NCBI GenBank assembly: GCA_963797495.1
Contig: CAWCPN010000002.1
Span: forward strand, 1,620,096-1,684,095
DNA length: 64,000 nucleotides
Reading direction: 5' to 3'
Origin: an uncultured Acidobacteriota bacterium
GTDB taxonomy: Bacteria > Acidobacteriota > Thermoanaerobaculia > UBA5066 > Gp7-AA6
The notes beneath the pieces are model-generated. The model saw only the letters and a list, made by a program, of their open reading frames with translations, searched no databases and was not told where the DNA came from. Each line of letters begins with the position of its first letter. Positions within the stretch are counted from its first letter, which is position 1. Positions 1-9,287 of this stretch are shown in pieces. The position numbers and the translations under genes are program-made.

Positions 1-650
1 TCGAAGGGCCTCGCGTTCCCCCGGCCGCCTCCCTCGCCTACGGGGCCAGCAACGGCCCGCGCGTGCTGCCCGGGACCTACACGGTCCGGATGACGAAGGA
101 CAAGAAGGTCTACGAGACCAAGCTCCAGGTCGTTCCCGACCCGCGCTCGAAGCACACACCCGAGGACCGCAAGGCCCAGTTCGCGCTGGCCATGAAGCTC
201 TACGCGATGCTCGGCGACATGACCTTCGCCGTCGACCGCATCAACGGCCTGCGCGCCGCGCTCGACGGACGCGCGGCGAAGCTTCCGGCCGGCGACCCCC
301 TCGCCGCGCGCCTGCACCAGGCGTCGGACGAAGCCGACGCGCTGCGCCAGAAGATCGTCGCGACCAAGGAAGGCGGGATGATCACCGGCGAGGAGCGCCT
401 GCGCGAGTACCTCACCAACCTCTACGCCAACGTCATCCGATATGAGGGCCGCCCGTCGGCGACCCAGCTCCAGCGCGCCGACGCTCTCGGGCGCGAGCTG
501 TCCGAGGTCGAGAAGGAGTTCGACGCCTGGGCGGGCAAGGAGCTGCCCGGGATCAACCAGGCGCTGGCGGCCAAGGGCCAGTCGAGAAGATCGAGCTCCT
601 GTCACGGGCGGCCTGGAAGGCGGCCGGTACGGAGACGAGCGCGGCACCTT
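1..650 (+). CDS. 5'-truncated C-terminal part of a secreted BNR/VPS10-like repeat protein. The reading frame appears to slip by 1 nt near 575; the alternative frame gives a natural C-terminus ...VEKIELLSRAAWKAAGTETSAAP and a stop at 648-650.
   Basis: ORF continues upstream of window position 1 in frame (GPRVLPGTYTVRMTKDKKVYETKLQVVPDPR...). After ...ALAAKGQ the listed frame becomes Arg/Pro-rich low complexity. The +1 frame terminates cleanly at 650. Confidence 0.4.
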
Positions 651-687
651 GATGTATTGGTGCGATGGTGCCAACCTCGGCATTGTC

Positions 688-927
688 ATGCCGAGACTGA
701 CGATCACCCTCTCAGCCGAGAGCCACCGGGCCCTCAAGGAGACGGCCGCGCGGCGCGGCAAGTCGATTCGCAGCCTGGTCCAGGAAAGCCTCGACGCCTA
801 CGGCATCAAGACCCGGGTGCGGGCGGAGACCCTCGTCGCGAAGGCGCGCCGAGCCTCCGACCTCGACGAGGATGCGGCGCTTCGACTCGCCGTCGTGGAG
901 ACCAAGGCCCGCCGCCGGCGCCGTTGA
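688..927 (+). CDS. Ribbon-helix-helix (CopG/ParD/VapB-like) small DNA-binding protein, putative antitoxin
   Basis: MPRLTITLSAESHRALKETAARRGKSIRSLVQESLDAYG... shows the classic RHH beta-strand/helix pattern, about 79 aa with a basic tail. The ORF listed from 442 is longer only because of alternative-frame read-through of the upstream gene. Confidence 0.55.
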   Translation: MPRLTITLSAESHRALKETAARRGKSIRSLVQESLDAYGIKTRVRAETLVAKARRASDLDEDAALRLAVVETKARRRRR

Positions 928-945
928 ACCCGGAAGCCTCTTCCT

Positions 946-998
946 TCTCGCGACAATAGATAGAGGGGCCCATGGGGAGGCTTAGAATCGTGGCATGA
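946..998 (+). promoter_or_regulatory. Conserved leader of the Uma2 gene: motif TCTCGCGACAATAGA, -10-like TTAGAAT, and an 8-codon uORF (972..998, MGRLRIVA) whose TGA overlaps the Uma2 ATG (ATGA)
   Basis: Near-identical element precedes the second Uma2 paralog at 14778..14832 (uORF MGRIRIPP). Same spacing, same ATGA overlap. Confidence 0.45.
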
Positions 999-1549
999 CC
1001 GTTCCGGCCGCTCTGAGGTTCACCTACGAGGACTACGTCCTGCTCCCCGAGGACCGCCGATACGAGGTCATCGACGGAGAGGTTTTCGTGACGCCGTCGC
1101 CAACGCTCCAACATCAGCTCGCCAAGATGAGGCTCGTTCGGCTTCTGGACGACTTCGTCCGTCGTCATGATTCGGGAATCGTCGTGGACGCCCCCTTCGA
1201 TGTGGTCCTCTCGCCACACGATGTCGTCCAGCCGGACATCCTCGTCGTTTCTCGAAGCCGAGCGGCCATTCTCGGCGACCGGTACGCCGATGGCTCCCCC
1301 GATCTCGTGGTCGAGGTGCTGTCGCCGTCGACGGAAACCCGCGATCGCGTGGCAAAGGCCAAGCGCTACGCCCTGTTCGGCGTTCGCGAGATGTGGCTCG
1401 TGGACCCGGCCGCTCGGACGATCGAGGTCTTCCTCCACTCCGAAGACGGGTTCCGGCGCCAGGCGGCCTACGGTGAGGCGGACACGGTCTCGTCCATCGT
1501 CCTCGCCGGCCTCGAGTTCGCGGCCGCGCCGATCTTCGGCCCGGCCTGA
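995..1549 (+). CDS. Uma2 family (DUF820) PD-(D/E)XK-type endonuclease
   Basis: 184 aa. The motif YEVIDGE, the DxxVEVLSPS core and the ...KAKRYALFGVREMWLVDP tail are typical of Uma2. Paralog at 14829..15383 is about 60% identical. Confidence 0.8.
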   Translation: MTVPAALRFTYEDYVLLPEDRRYEVIDGEVFVTPSPTLQHQLAKMRLVRLLDDFVRRHDSGIVVDAPFDVVLSPHDVVQPDILVVSRSRAAILGDRYADGSPDLVVEVLSPSTETRDRVAKAKRYALFGVREMWLVDPAARTIEVFLHSEDGFRRQAAYGEADTVSSIVLAGLEFAAAPIFGPA

Positions 1550-1594
1550 CCCGATGTTGACATCTGATGCGACCGTAGCTAGCATCATCGCATC

Positions 1595-1861
1595 ATGCCC
1601 CGCACGACCGTCGACATCGACGGCCCCGTCCTCGAGGACCTGAAGCGCATCCAGAAGCGCGAGGGTAAGAGCCTCGGACGCACCGTCTCGGACCTGCTCG
1701 CCGAGGCCATCTCGCGCTACGGCGGCTCGAAGCGGAAGCCGGCGCCGTTCCGCTGGATCTCGCGGCCGATGAAAGCGCGCGTCGACCTCGCCGACAAGGA
1801 GGCCGTGCGCGCCGCGGCCGACGGCGGATTGTTCTCCGCGCCGCCCAAACCCCGCCCGTGA
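1595..1861 (+). CDS. vapB: Type II antitoxin, VapB-like (Rv0623/DUF2191-type) partner of the PIN toxin
   Basis: MPRTTVDIDGPVLEDLKRIQKREGKSLGRTVSDLLAEAI... 88 aa. Its stop TGA (1859-1861) overlaps the GTG start of the downstream PIN gene. Confidence 0.65.
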   Translation: MPRTTVDIDGPVLEDLKRIQKREGKSLGRTVSDLLAEAISRYGGSKRKPAPFRWISRPMKARVDLADKEAVRAAADGGLFSAPPKPRP

Positions 1862-2301
1862 GCTACGCGGTCGACGTCAACGTCCTGCTCTACGCCTCGG
1901 ACTCATCGAGCCCGTTCTCGAAGCCGGGCCGCAAGTTTCTCGAGAAGTGCGCCGCCGGCCCCGAGGTCCTCTGCTTCGCCTGGCCGACCCTCTTCGCCTA
2001 CCTGCGACTCTCGACCCACCCCGCGATCTTCGCCAGCCCGCTTTCACCCGACGACGCCGAGGCCAACGTCGCCTCGCTCCTCGCCCTCCCCCACGTCCGC
2101 GCCCTCTCCGAGAAGGACGGGTTCCGGGACGTCTACCGCGAGGTCACCGCCGGGCTCGCCGCGCGCGGCAACGACGTGCCGGACGCGCACCTGGCTGCGA
2201 TCCTGCGCCAGCACGACGTTTCCACGCTCTACACGAACGACCGGGACTTCCGGAAGTATCCGTTCCTGAAGGTCGTAAGCCCGTTCGCGTCCGGAGACTA
2301 A
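1858..2301 (+). CDS. vapC: PIN-domain toxin VapC
   Basis: 147 aa. N-terminal VDVNVLLYA (conserved Asp) and C-terminal ...TNDRDFRKYPFLKV are PIN fold hallmarks. Start overlaps the antitoxin stop by 4 nt (GTGA). Confidence 0.75.
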   Translation: MSYAVDVNVLLYASDSSSPFSKPGRKFLEKCAAGPEVLCFAWPTLFAYLRLSTHPAIFASPLSPDDAEANVASLLALPHVRALSEKDGFRDVYREVTAGLAARGNDVPDAHLAAILRQHDVSTLYTNDRDFRKYPFLKVVSPFASGD

Positions 2302-3656
2302 GGGCACGTCGCGAACGCGGACGTGTCCTGGATCGGCACGAACGCGGTCCCGAGCGGGTTCGTGTAGACGTTCGACGAGCCGGTCTGCGTGTCCGTCACG
2401 GTCATCGTGACCTCGACGTTGGTCAGGCCGGCCGCGAAGACCCAGTAGTGCGGCGGGTTGATCGAACAGGCGTTGAGCGCCTTCACGACGAGCTCGATGT
2501 TGGCGGAGTTGAAGAACCAGAAGTAGCCGGAGTCGGCCGTCAGCGGGATGGCGGTGCCGTCACCGATCGTGCCGTCGTTCTTGCGCCAGGAAGCCGTCAC
2601 GCGGAAACGGTTGTCGTTGAGGCAAAGGGTCGTCGCGTCGGGTGTGCAGTGAGTAGGTGCGCCGAACCCGAGCCGGCCGATGTTGTTGGCGGAATATTCC
2701 GCAACCCAGATCGAACCGTCTGGGCCGGCGGCAACTCCGGTGAAGGTCTTGCTTGGAGTCGGAGGGGGATACGCCGTCACATCACCCGAAGTCGTGATTT
2801 GAGCAAGCCCGCCTGGATCCGAGATCGAGAACCACAGGGTGCCGTCCGGAGCGGAGGTGATGGAGGTGCTCCCGGTGTGCAAAGGCTCCTGCAATGGGAA
2901 GTACGTCACCACGCCGCTCGTCGTCATTCGACCGATAGCTGAGTTTCCAGATGACTTGGGCTCCGCCACGAACCAGAGGTTGCCGTCGGAGCCGCTCGTG
3001 ATGGAGGTCGCGTAGGCGTCGAACGGGGGAAGGGAGAACTCCGTGATCACACCCGAGGGCGTGATGCGTTCCACGTAGGAATCAGTCGGGCCGTTCAGGG
3101 TGAACCAGACGTTGCCGTCAGGACCGTTGGTCAGGCCGTCTACGTTGCCATCTGTATTGATCGGGAACAGCGCAAGTGCGCCGGTCGTGGTCATGCGCCC
3201 GATTTGGTAACCGCTGCTCGGATCACCCCCATCACCAGCGACCACGGAGAACCAGAGGTTGCCGTCAGGCCCGCTAATGATGTGGCCGGGGCCAATCGCC
3301 GGGGCGATCGAGAACTGCGTGAAGGCTGCGGAAGGCGTGGCCCTCCAGACCCCAGATCCGGAGGTAAACCACAAGTTTCCGTCCGGGCCCGACGCAATGC
3401 TGCGGGAACGGCCGCTGGGATTGGGATCCGGAATCGCGTATTCCGTCACGGCGCCGGAATCATCAATCCGGGCTATCTTCGTGGCCAGGTACTCGGTAAA
3501 CCAGATCGCCCCGTCGGGGCCCAAGGTCATTCCGCTCGGCCTGCTGTCCGCCGTCGGAATCGGGTACTCGGTGAACGTCTGTGCGGTGAGGGGTATTACC
3601 CCAATGACCAGCGAGAGAACCCAACCTGCAACCGAGCGGCGGCGCCTACCTTCCAT
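2298..3656 (-). CDS. Secreted beta-propeller protein with Vgb (streptogramin lyase)-like repeats and a Cys-flanked C-terminal domain
   Basis: N-terminal signal peptide, then repeated GPDGNLWF / GPDGAIWFTE / GSDGNLWFV motifs. Convergent with vapC. Confidence 0.6.
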   Translation of the reverse strand: MEGRRRRSVAGWVLSLVIGVIPLTAQTFTEYPIPTADSRPSGMTLGPDGAIWFTEYLATKIARIDDSGAVTEYAIPDPNPSGRSRSIASGPDGNLWFTSGSGVWRATPSAAFTQFSIAPAIGPGHIISGPDGNLWFSVVAGDGGDPSSGYQIGRMTTTGALALFPINTDGNVDGLTNGPDGNVWFTLNGPTDSYVERITPSGVITEFSLPPFDAYATSITSGSDGNLWFVAEPKSSGNSAIGRMTTSGVVTYFPLQEPLHTGSTSITSAPDGTLWFSISDPGGLAQITTSGDVTAYPPPTPSKTFTGVAAGPDGSIWVAEYSANNIGRLGFGAPTHCTPDATTLCLNDNRFRVTASWRKNDGTIGDGTAIPLTADSGYFWFFNSANIELVVKALNACSINPPHYWVFAAGLTNVEVTMTVTDTQTGSSNVYTNPLGTAFVPIQDTSAFATCP

Positions 3657-3702
3657 CGGAATCCTCCTCTCAATCGTGCAACTGTCTTACGATGAGTCCC
3701 GA

Positions 3703-4890
3703 ATGTCGGAAGGGCGTTACAGCGATTCGGCGGAGGAGCCAATCGAAGGGGCGAAACCCGGTCCCGACGACGCGACGCTCGAACGGTTCCGCAATCCGCT
3801 CCGGATGTTCGCGGCGCGGCGCACGGGCGACTGGACTGCGGCCGAGGACATCGCTCAGGAGACCATCTGTCGGACTCTCGAGGCGCTGAAGGCCGGCCGA
3901 ATCCGGAATCCGACGGCCCTGCCAGGCTTCCTCTTCCAGACCGCCCTGCACATCTGCATGCATCACGGAAGCTCTGCCGGCCGGGAGAAAGCCGCCATGA
4001 CTCGGTTCAAGGAGTCGCCCGGCCCGGGCGCGCCAGACCCGCTTTCGGACCTCATTTCCGCTCAACGGTGGGCCGAGGTCCGCGCGGCGCTCGAGCGACT
4101 CGACGAAGAAGATCGGATCGTTCTGTCCCTGACATATGTCGAGGCCGTTCGCACCTCCGAGATCGCGCGCCGGCTGAAGCTGACCGAAGGAAACGTCAGG
4201 GTCCGACGCCACCGGGCGCTCAAGCGCCTAGCCGCGCATGCTCGGCGTAACGCCGGGGCCAGGGCCGGGACTAAGGGAATGAGCGTGAAGGGCTTGGATT
4301 GCTCCTACGTCGACGAGCATGATCTGGTCGGCCTCTACCTCGGCGGCAAGCTCGCCGAGGCGGACGCCGAGGCATTCGAGAAACACTACCTGGGCTGCGA
4401 GCGCTGCTCGAGTGAAATGGAGCGGGGCGGCGAGATTCGCGCAGCGGCGGGAGTGCCAGCAATTATCAAGGCCTCTCGGCCGCGGGGTGGCGGTCGGGAT
4501 ATCTGGACACTCCTCGGCGCCGCCGCGGTGGTCGCCATGCTGGCGATTGGCCTGAGCCGTGTTTCCCGGCCTGTGGGCACTCCGTACTCGCCCGTCTATC
4601 GCGGAACGACGGGAGGAACCCTCGTCCTGGTCGCCAAGAAAGGCAAGGCCGGCGAGGTCATCCTCGAGTGGCAGCCACACCCCGCTGCGCAAACGTATGT
4701 CTTGAAGGTCATTGCATCCGACGGATCACCGGTCATGGCCACCGAGACGCGCGAGACTCGTCTCTCGCTCGACCTTGTAGCGCTTCCTCACCATGGCCCG
4801 GGTGTATCGTTCCTGGCAAGAATCGAAGCGATAGACTCGATGGGCCTGGTTGTTGCCCGGAGCGACCTGGAATCCCTGACCATCCCCTGA
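3703..4890 (+). CDS. ECF (sigma-70 family) sigma factor fused in frame to a zf-HC2 anti-sigma factor (anti-sigma part begins at ATG 4279), or two genes joined by an indel
   Basis: Sigma region 2/4 motifs (DWTAAEDIAQETICRTLEALKAGRIRNPTALPGFLFQTALHIC; VEAVRTSEIARRLKLTEGNVRVRRHRALKRLA). Downstream are the HYLGCERC zinc motif, a TM helix (IWTLLGAAAVVAMLAIGL) and a periplasmic domain. No stop lies between them; in the paralogous locus (8709/9280) the two genes are separate and overlapping. Confidence 0.7.
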   Translation: MSEGRYSDSAEEPIEGAKPGPDDATLERFRNPLRMFAARRTGDWTAAEDIAQETICRTLEALKAGRIRNPTALPGFLFQTALHICMHHGSSAGREKAAMTRFKESPGPGAPDPLSDLISAQRWAEVRAALERLDEEDRIVLSLTYVEAVRTSEIARRLKLTEGNVRVRRHRALKRLAAHARRNAGARAGTKGMSVKGLDCSYVDEHDLVGLYLGGKLAEADAEAFEKHYLGCERCSSEMERGGEIRAAAGVPAIIKASRPRGGGRDIWTLLGAAAVVAMLAIGLSRVSRPVGTPYSPVYRGTTGGTLVLVAKKGKAGEVILEWQPHPAAQTYVLKVIASDGSPVMATETRETRLSLDLVALPHHGPGVSFLARIEAIDSMGLVVARSDLESLTIP

Positions 4891-4899
4891 GACCCTCGC

Positions 4900-5096
4900 C
4901 ATCTCGTTCGCCGTCCGGCCCGACATCCGAGGCATCGGAGTGCGACCCCTGGTCCTTTCCGTCTATCGACGATCGACGGCTGCGCGGCCAAGCCACCGAG
5001 ACTCGACTCCCTCTGGAACTCGAAGGCCGTCGCCCTTCGGACGCGGGGTGTATCGTTGCTGGAAAGATCGGAGTCCCGGATGCGTTGGGCCAATAG
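4900..5096 (+). repeat. Degenerate partial copy (ghost) of the anti-sigma 3' end in the intergenic spacer
   Basis: accgagactcgactccctctggaactcgaagg...ggtgtatcgttgctggaaagatcgga aligns with 4741..4845 (accgagacgcgcgagactcg...ggtgtatcgttcctggcaagaatcgaa). Translated it gives ATETRLPLELEGRRPSDAGCIVAGKIG, against ATETRETRLSLDLVALPHHGPGVSFLARIEAI in the gene. Confidence 0.4.
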
Positions 5097-5207
5097 GCGC
5101 AATGTGCAGCGATGTCTCACTGCCAGACAATTCGGTTCGCCGAGCGCGGGCCCCAAAAAGTGTTCCGGCGCCTGTAAGGGTTCGTCCTCGGCTGCGTGCG
5201 CTAGCCG

Positions 5208-8200
5208 ATGAAGCGCCCAGCTAACGTTGCCGGTGCGTTCGCCCTACTCGCTCTTGCCGCACCCCCGGGATTCCAGGCGCGCCCGGCCGGAGCCAGTCCG
5301 CCGGGCGTAGTCGTCGAAGCCCGGGGAGCGCGGTCGCTCGCAAGCGGCATCAAGCCTGGCGACGTGCTCGTTTCGTGGAAGCGGACAGCGAACCCGCCGG
5401 CCAACCCCGCGCCTGCCCGGGGAGTGTTCCGCTCACCGTTTGACGTCAGGGAAATCGAAGTGGAGCAGGCTCCGCGCGGCAAAGTGGACGTCGAAGTCCG
5501 GCGCGACGGCCGCACTCTGATGGTGCCGATGCCGGCCGGCGAATGGGACATTTCAGCCAGGCCGATTCTGGAAGGCAAGACGCTCGATTCCTACCTTGCA
5601 GCGCGCGCGGCGGCTGAAGGTGGCGACTTTTCGGGCTCGACTTCGGCCCTGGTAAATCTTTCGACAGCCGCAAGTGCGTCGGCCGACGATGAGCTCTCGG
5701 TGTGGTTTCTTTCTCGCGCTGCCGAAAGCGCTTCGGACGGTCACGACCCAGAGCGCGCGCAGAAACTCTACCGCGCCGCGATTGACGCCTCCGCTCGTCA
5801 CGGCCGATGGCGAGTCGAGTCATTGCTCTGGATCCGTCTAGCGCTCGTCCAGGACGCTCAAAACGATCTTGTTGCCGAAGAGCATTCCCTCCAGACCGCG
5901 AGGGCCACTCGAACAAGGCATGAGCCTGGTAGTCTCATTGCGGCCGGTGTGCTCCACGACATAGCCGTAGTCGAACAGCAGGCCGGACACCTCGAAAAGG
6001 CCGGCGAACGCTACGCGGAAGCTCTGAGCGCCCGCGAAAGGCTCGCTCCCGGAAGTCTTCCGGTTGCGGCGACACTTCACAATCTCGGGGGCCTGAGGCT
6101 GACGGCCGGGGACCTCGACGGGGCGGAGCAACTGTATTCCCGCGCGCGCGTCATCGCAGAAGCCAGGGCACCTGACAGCCTCGTGCTCCTCGCCTGCCTG
6201 GGAGACCTCGCCATGGTCGCCGTCGAGCGGGGCAACCTGCAGGCAGCCGAACGGCTCAGCATGCAGGTCCTTCGAGTCCTCGAGCAAAGAGAGCCCCGCA
6301 GCCTGGACACCGCGATGGCGCTCGGCCAACTCGGCTTCGTCGTCGCCAAGCGAGGAGACCTCGCGCGGGCCGACGCCTACGTCGGCCGCTCGCTGGCGAT
6401 CTTCAGAGAGAAGGCGCCACGGAGCCCTCAGGAAGGCGAAGGCCTGTGGACCCTTGGGCTCTCGGCAGCGGCTCGTGGAGATACCGCCGCGGCCGAAGCA
6501 TACTCGCGAGCTGCGCTTGAGGTCTTCAGGGAAGCGGTACCGGACAACGTCGATCTGATTTCAGCATCCCTCATCCAGCTCGGATCTGTCCTCGTGGAAG
6601 GGGACAACCCGGGGGCCGGCGAAGCGATGCTACGCGAGAGCGTGGAGATGCGGAGACAGGCGTCCCCGGACAGCGTCAACCTCGCGACCGCGACGTCCGC
6701 TCTGGGCGTTGCGCTTGCGGGAAAGGGTGAGATCGACGAATCGGAAACCCTGCAGCGCCAGTCCCTGGAGATCCTCCAGCGCGAGGCTCCGGGCTCCCTT
6801 CAATCCGCGGCGGTCCTCTACGAAATGGGCCAGTTGTCGCTCGCGCGCGACAACTTGAGCGAGGCTCGGGCATACTTCGGCCGGGCCCTGGACATTGAGC
6901 GGCGCGTCGGAAGCGACGACGCGACCATGGCCTCAACCCTCCATGCACTCGGCTGGCTGGACCACCGGGAGGGTCACAACCAAGACGCCCTTCGGAAGCT
7001 CGTCGAGGCGGTCTCCATCCTGGAACGCCAGGGTGTCCATCTTGGAGGTAGCCAGGAAGCGAAGGGTGCTTTCAACGCCAAGCATCGCGCTCTCTACTAC
7101 GACTGCATCACCTCCTTGCTCGAACAACAGCAGCCGGGCGCGGCATTTGCGATGGCCGAGCGTTTTCGAGCCCAGTCCCTTCTCGAGCTTCTCGCCGAGC
7201 GAGATCTCGTGATCGACATCTCGCCCGAGTTACATTCCGAACGACGCCGCGCTGACGCAGAGTACGATCGCACGCTGCAGGAGCTCGCCTCACTCGGGAC
7301 CGGGACTGACCCGGGGGTCGTCGATGCGCTCAGAGCCCAGCTCAATGACCTGAGAACCAAGCGTCAGGAAGCTGCCACCCGGATCAAGGAGGACCTCGGC
7401 CAAGCTTGCATCCCTCGAGTACCCCCAGCCACTGGATTTGGCCGCCACGCGCGCCATGCTCGGTCCTACGACGCTGCTTCTTTCCTACGCGATCGGGAAG
7501 GAACAGTCGTACCTGTTCGCTGTGGAGCCGGCGAATGCGGCGGGCCCCGCGCTCACGATCTATTCCCTCTCGGGCGACGAGAAGTCGCTGCGCGATGAGA
7601 TCGAGGCGTACCGGAATCTGCTCGACTCTCGAGGTCCGCTCGAAGGCAATTCGTCGGCGGCTCTTCTGGAACGCTCTCGCTCGCTCTACCGCACTCTCGT
7701 AGAGCCCGCCGAAGCGCTGATCAGCCGCTACGACCACATCCTGATCTTGCCGGACGGTCCCGCGCACAAGCTGCCCTTCGCCGCCCTAGTGCGCGGCGTC
7801 CGGAACGGCATGCCCGAGTACCTCGTCGAGTGGAAACCCATCCACACCGCCGTCTCCGCCACCGTGTACGCCGAATTGAAGAAGTCCCGCAGGAACTCAC
7901 ACCGCGATCCGGCGGTCATGGTTGCCGCCTTCGGCGACCCGATGTATCCCAGGGCTCCGGAACGGAGGGTCGCAGTGAAGCGCGGAGAAGGTGGTGAGCC
8001 GACCGACGACATCCTCGCCAATGAGTATCCCGAGGTCGAAGACCCGCAGCTTCGTTCGGTCGTACGCGGAGGCTTCCGGTTCGAGCCGCTGCCAGAGTCG
8101 CGCAAGGAAGTCGAGCAAATCGCCTCGCTCTACGCCCCGAAGGCGGTCGCCTACCTTGGCTCCGACGCCACGGAAGAGCGGGCCAGGTCCATCGGCAAGG

Positions 8201-8655
8201 ACGTTCCTCTCATCCACTTCGCCTGCCATGCCGTCATCAACGAGCGCTTTCCGCTCGATTCGGCTCTCGTCTTCACGATCCCGGAGCACCCAAAGGAGGG
8301 CCAGGACAACGGCCTCCTCCAGGCCTGGGAAATTTTCGAGAAGGTCCGCATCGACGCGGACCTCGTCACGCTCTCCGCGTGCGACTCGGGCCTCGGCAAG
8401 GAGATGGCCGGCGAGGGGCTGATCGGCCTGACGCGGGCGTTCCAGTACGCGGGCGCGCGGTCGGTCCTCGCCTCGCTCTGGAAGGTCGAGGACAAGTCCA
8501 CCGCCGAGCTGATGAAGCGCTTCTATCGATACCTGAAGGCCGGCAACACCAAGGACGAGGCCCTGCGCCTGGCGCAGATCGACCTGATCCACTCGACCGA
8601 CTTCTCGCAGCCTCGGGACTGGGCGGCCTTCCAACTCTACGGGGACTGGAAGTAG
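5208..8655 (+). CDS. Secreted PDZ - TPR-repeat - CHAT (caspase-like) domain protein; single frameshift near 7395-7440
   Basis: Signal peptide, PDZ-like GIKPGDVLVSW, many TPR units (HNLGGLRLTAGDLDGAEQLYSRA...). The C-terminal CHAT domain has catalytic His (VPLIHFACHA) and Cys (DLVTLSACDSGLG) motifs. ORFs 5208..7598 and 7438..8655 are the two halves in different frames. Confidence 0.7.
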
Positions 8656-8708
8656 GCCTCGCCCGCCCCGCCCGGCGACCGATCCGCCTGCTCTAAGATG
8701 TTCCCGCG

Positions 8709-9287
8709 ATGGACAGCGGGCGTCCCACGCCTTCCGGCCGGTCTCCCGAGACGCCCGGCTCCCCCGATTCCGACGCCGGGCCGCTCGAGGGATTCCGGGA
8801 CCGGCTCCGGCTCTTCGCCGCGCGGCGGCTGCGCGACTGGACGGCGGCGGAGGACGTCGCGCAGGAGGCCCTTTCCCGGGCGCTCGAAGCGATGCGCGCG
8901 GGCCGCATCCAGAACCCGGCCGCCCTTCCCGGGTTCCTGTTCCAGACGGCCCTTCATGTCTGCCTGCGCCGCATCCGCTCGGCGGGCCGGGAGCGAAAGG
9001 CCCTCCAGCGATTCGGCGGCAGCGAGAACGAGCCTGCCGAGAGCCCGCTGGCCGCGATGCTCTCGGCGGAGAGGCGCGTGAAGGTCCTCAAAGCGCTCGA
9101 ACGGCTCGAGCCGGACGACCGGCAGTTGCTCGACATGACCTTTCGGGACGAGCTCGACTCGGAGGAAATCGGCCGGCGGCTCGGGTTGACTTCGGGGGCC
9201 GTTCGGGTGCGCCGGCACCGGGCGATCCGGCGCCTCGCCGAGCTCGCCGGTGTAACGAAACCGCCGCAAGGGGAACTGAATGGGTGA
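8709..9287 (+). CDS. ECF sigma factor (paralog of 3703)
   Basis: DWTAAEDVAQEALSRALEAMRAGRIQNPAALPGFLFQTALHVC and ...LTSGAVRVRRHRAIRRLAEL. About 50% identity to copy 1. Confidence 0.8.
   Translation: MDSGRPTPSGRSPETPGSPDSDAGPLEGFRDRLRLFAARRLRDWTAAEDVAQEALSRALEAMRAGRIQNPAALPGFLFQTALHVCLRRIRSAGRERKALQRFGGSENEPAESPLAAMLSAERRVKVLKALERLEPDDRQLLDMTFRDELDSEEIGRRLGLTSGAVRVRRHRAIRRLAELAGVTKPPQGELNG

Noticed and set aside
442-687. N-terminal 82 aa of the 161-aa ORF 442..927
   Set aside because: This part is the alternative frame of the upstream BNR-like gene and is Arg/Ser/Pro-rich. The RHH domain begins at the internal Met 688.
806-1588. 260-aa minus-strand ORF covering the RHH and Uma2 genes
   Set aside because: Antisense to two genes with clear family signatures. 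Its translation is Arg/Gly/Pro-rich low complexity, typical of high-GC antisense frames.
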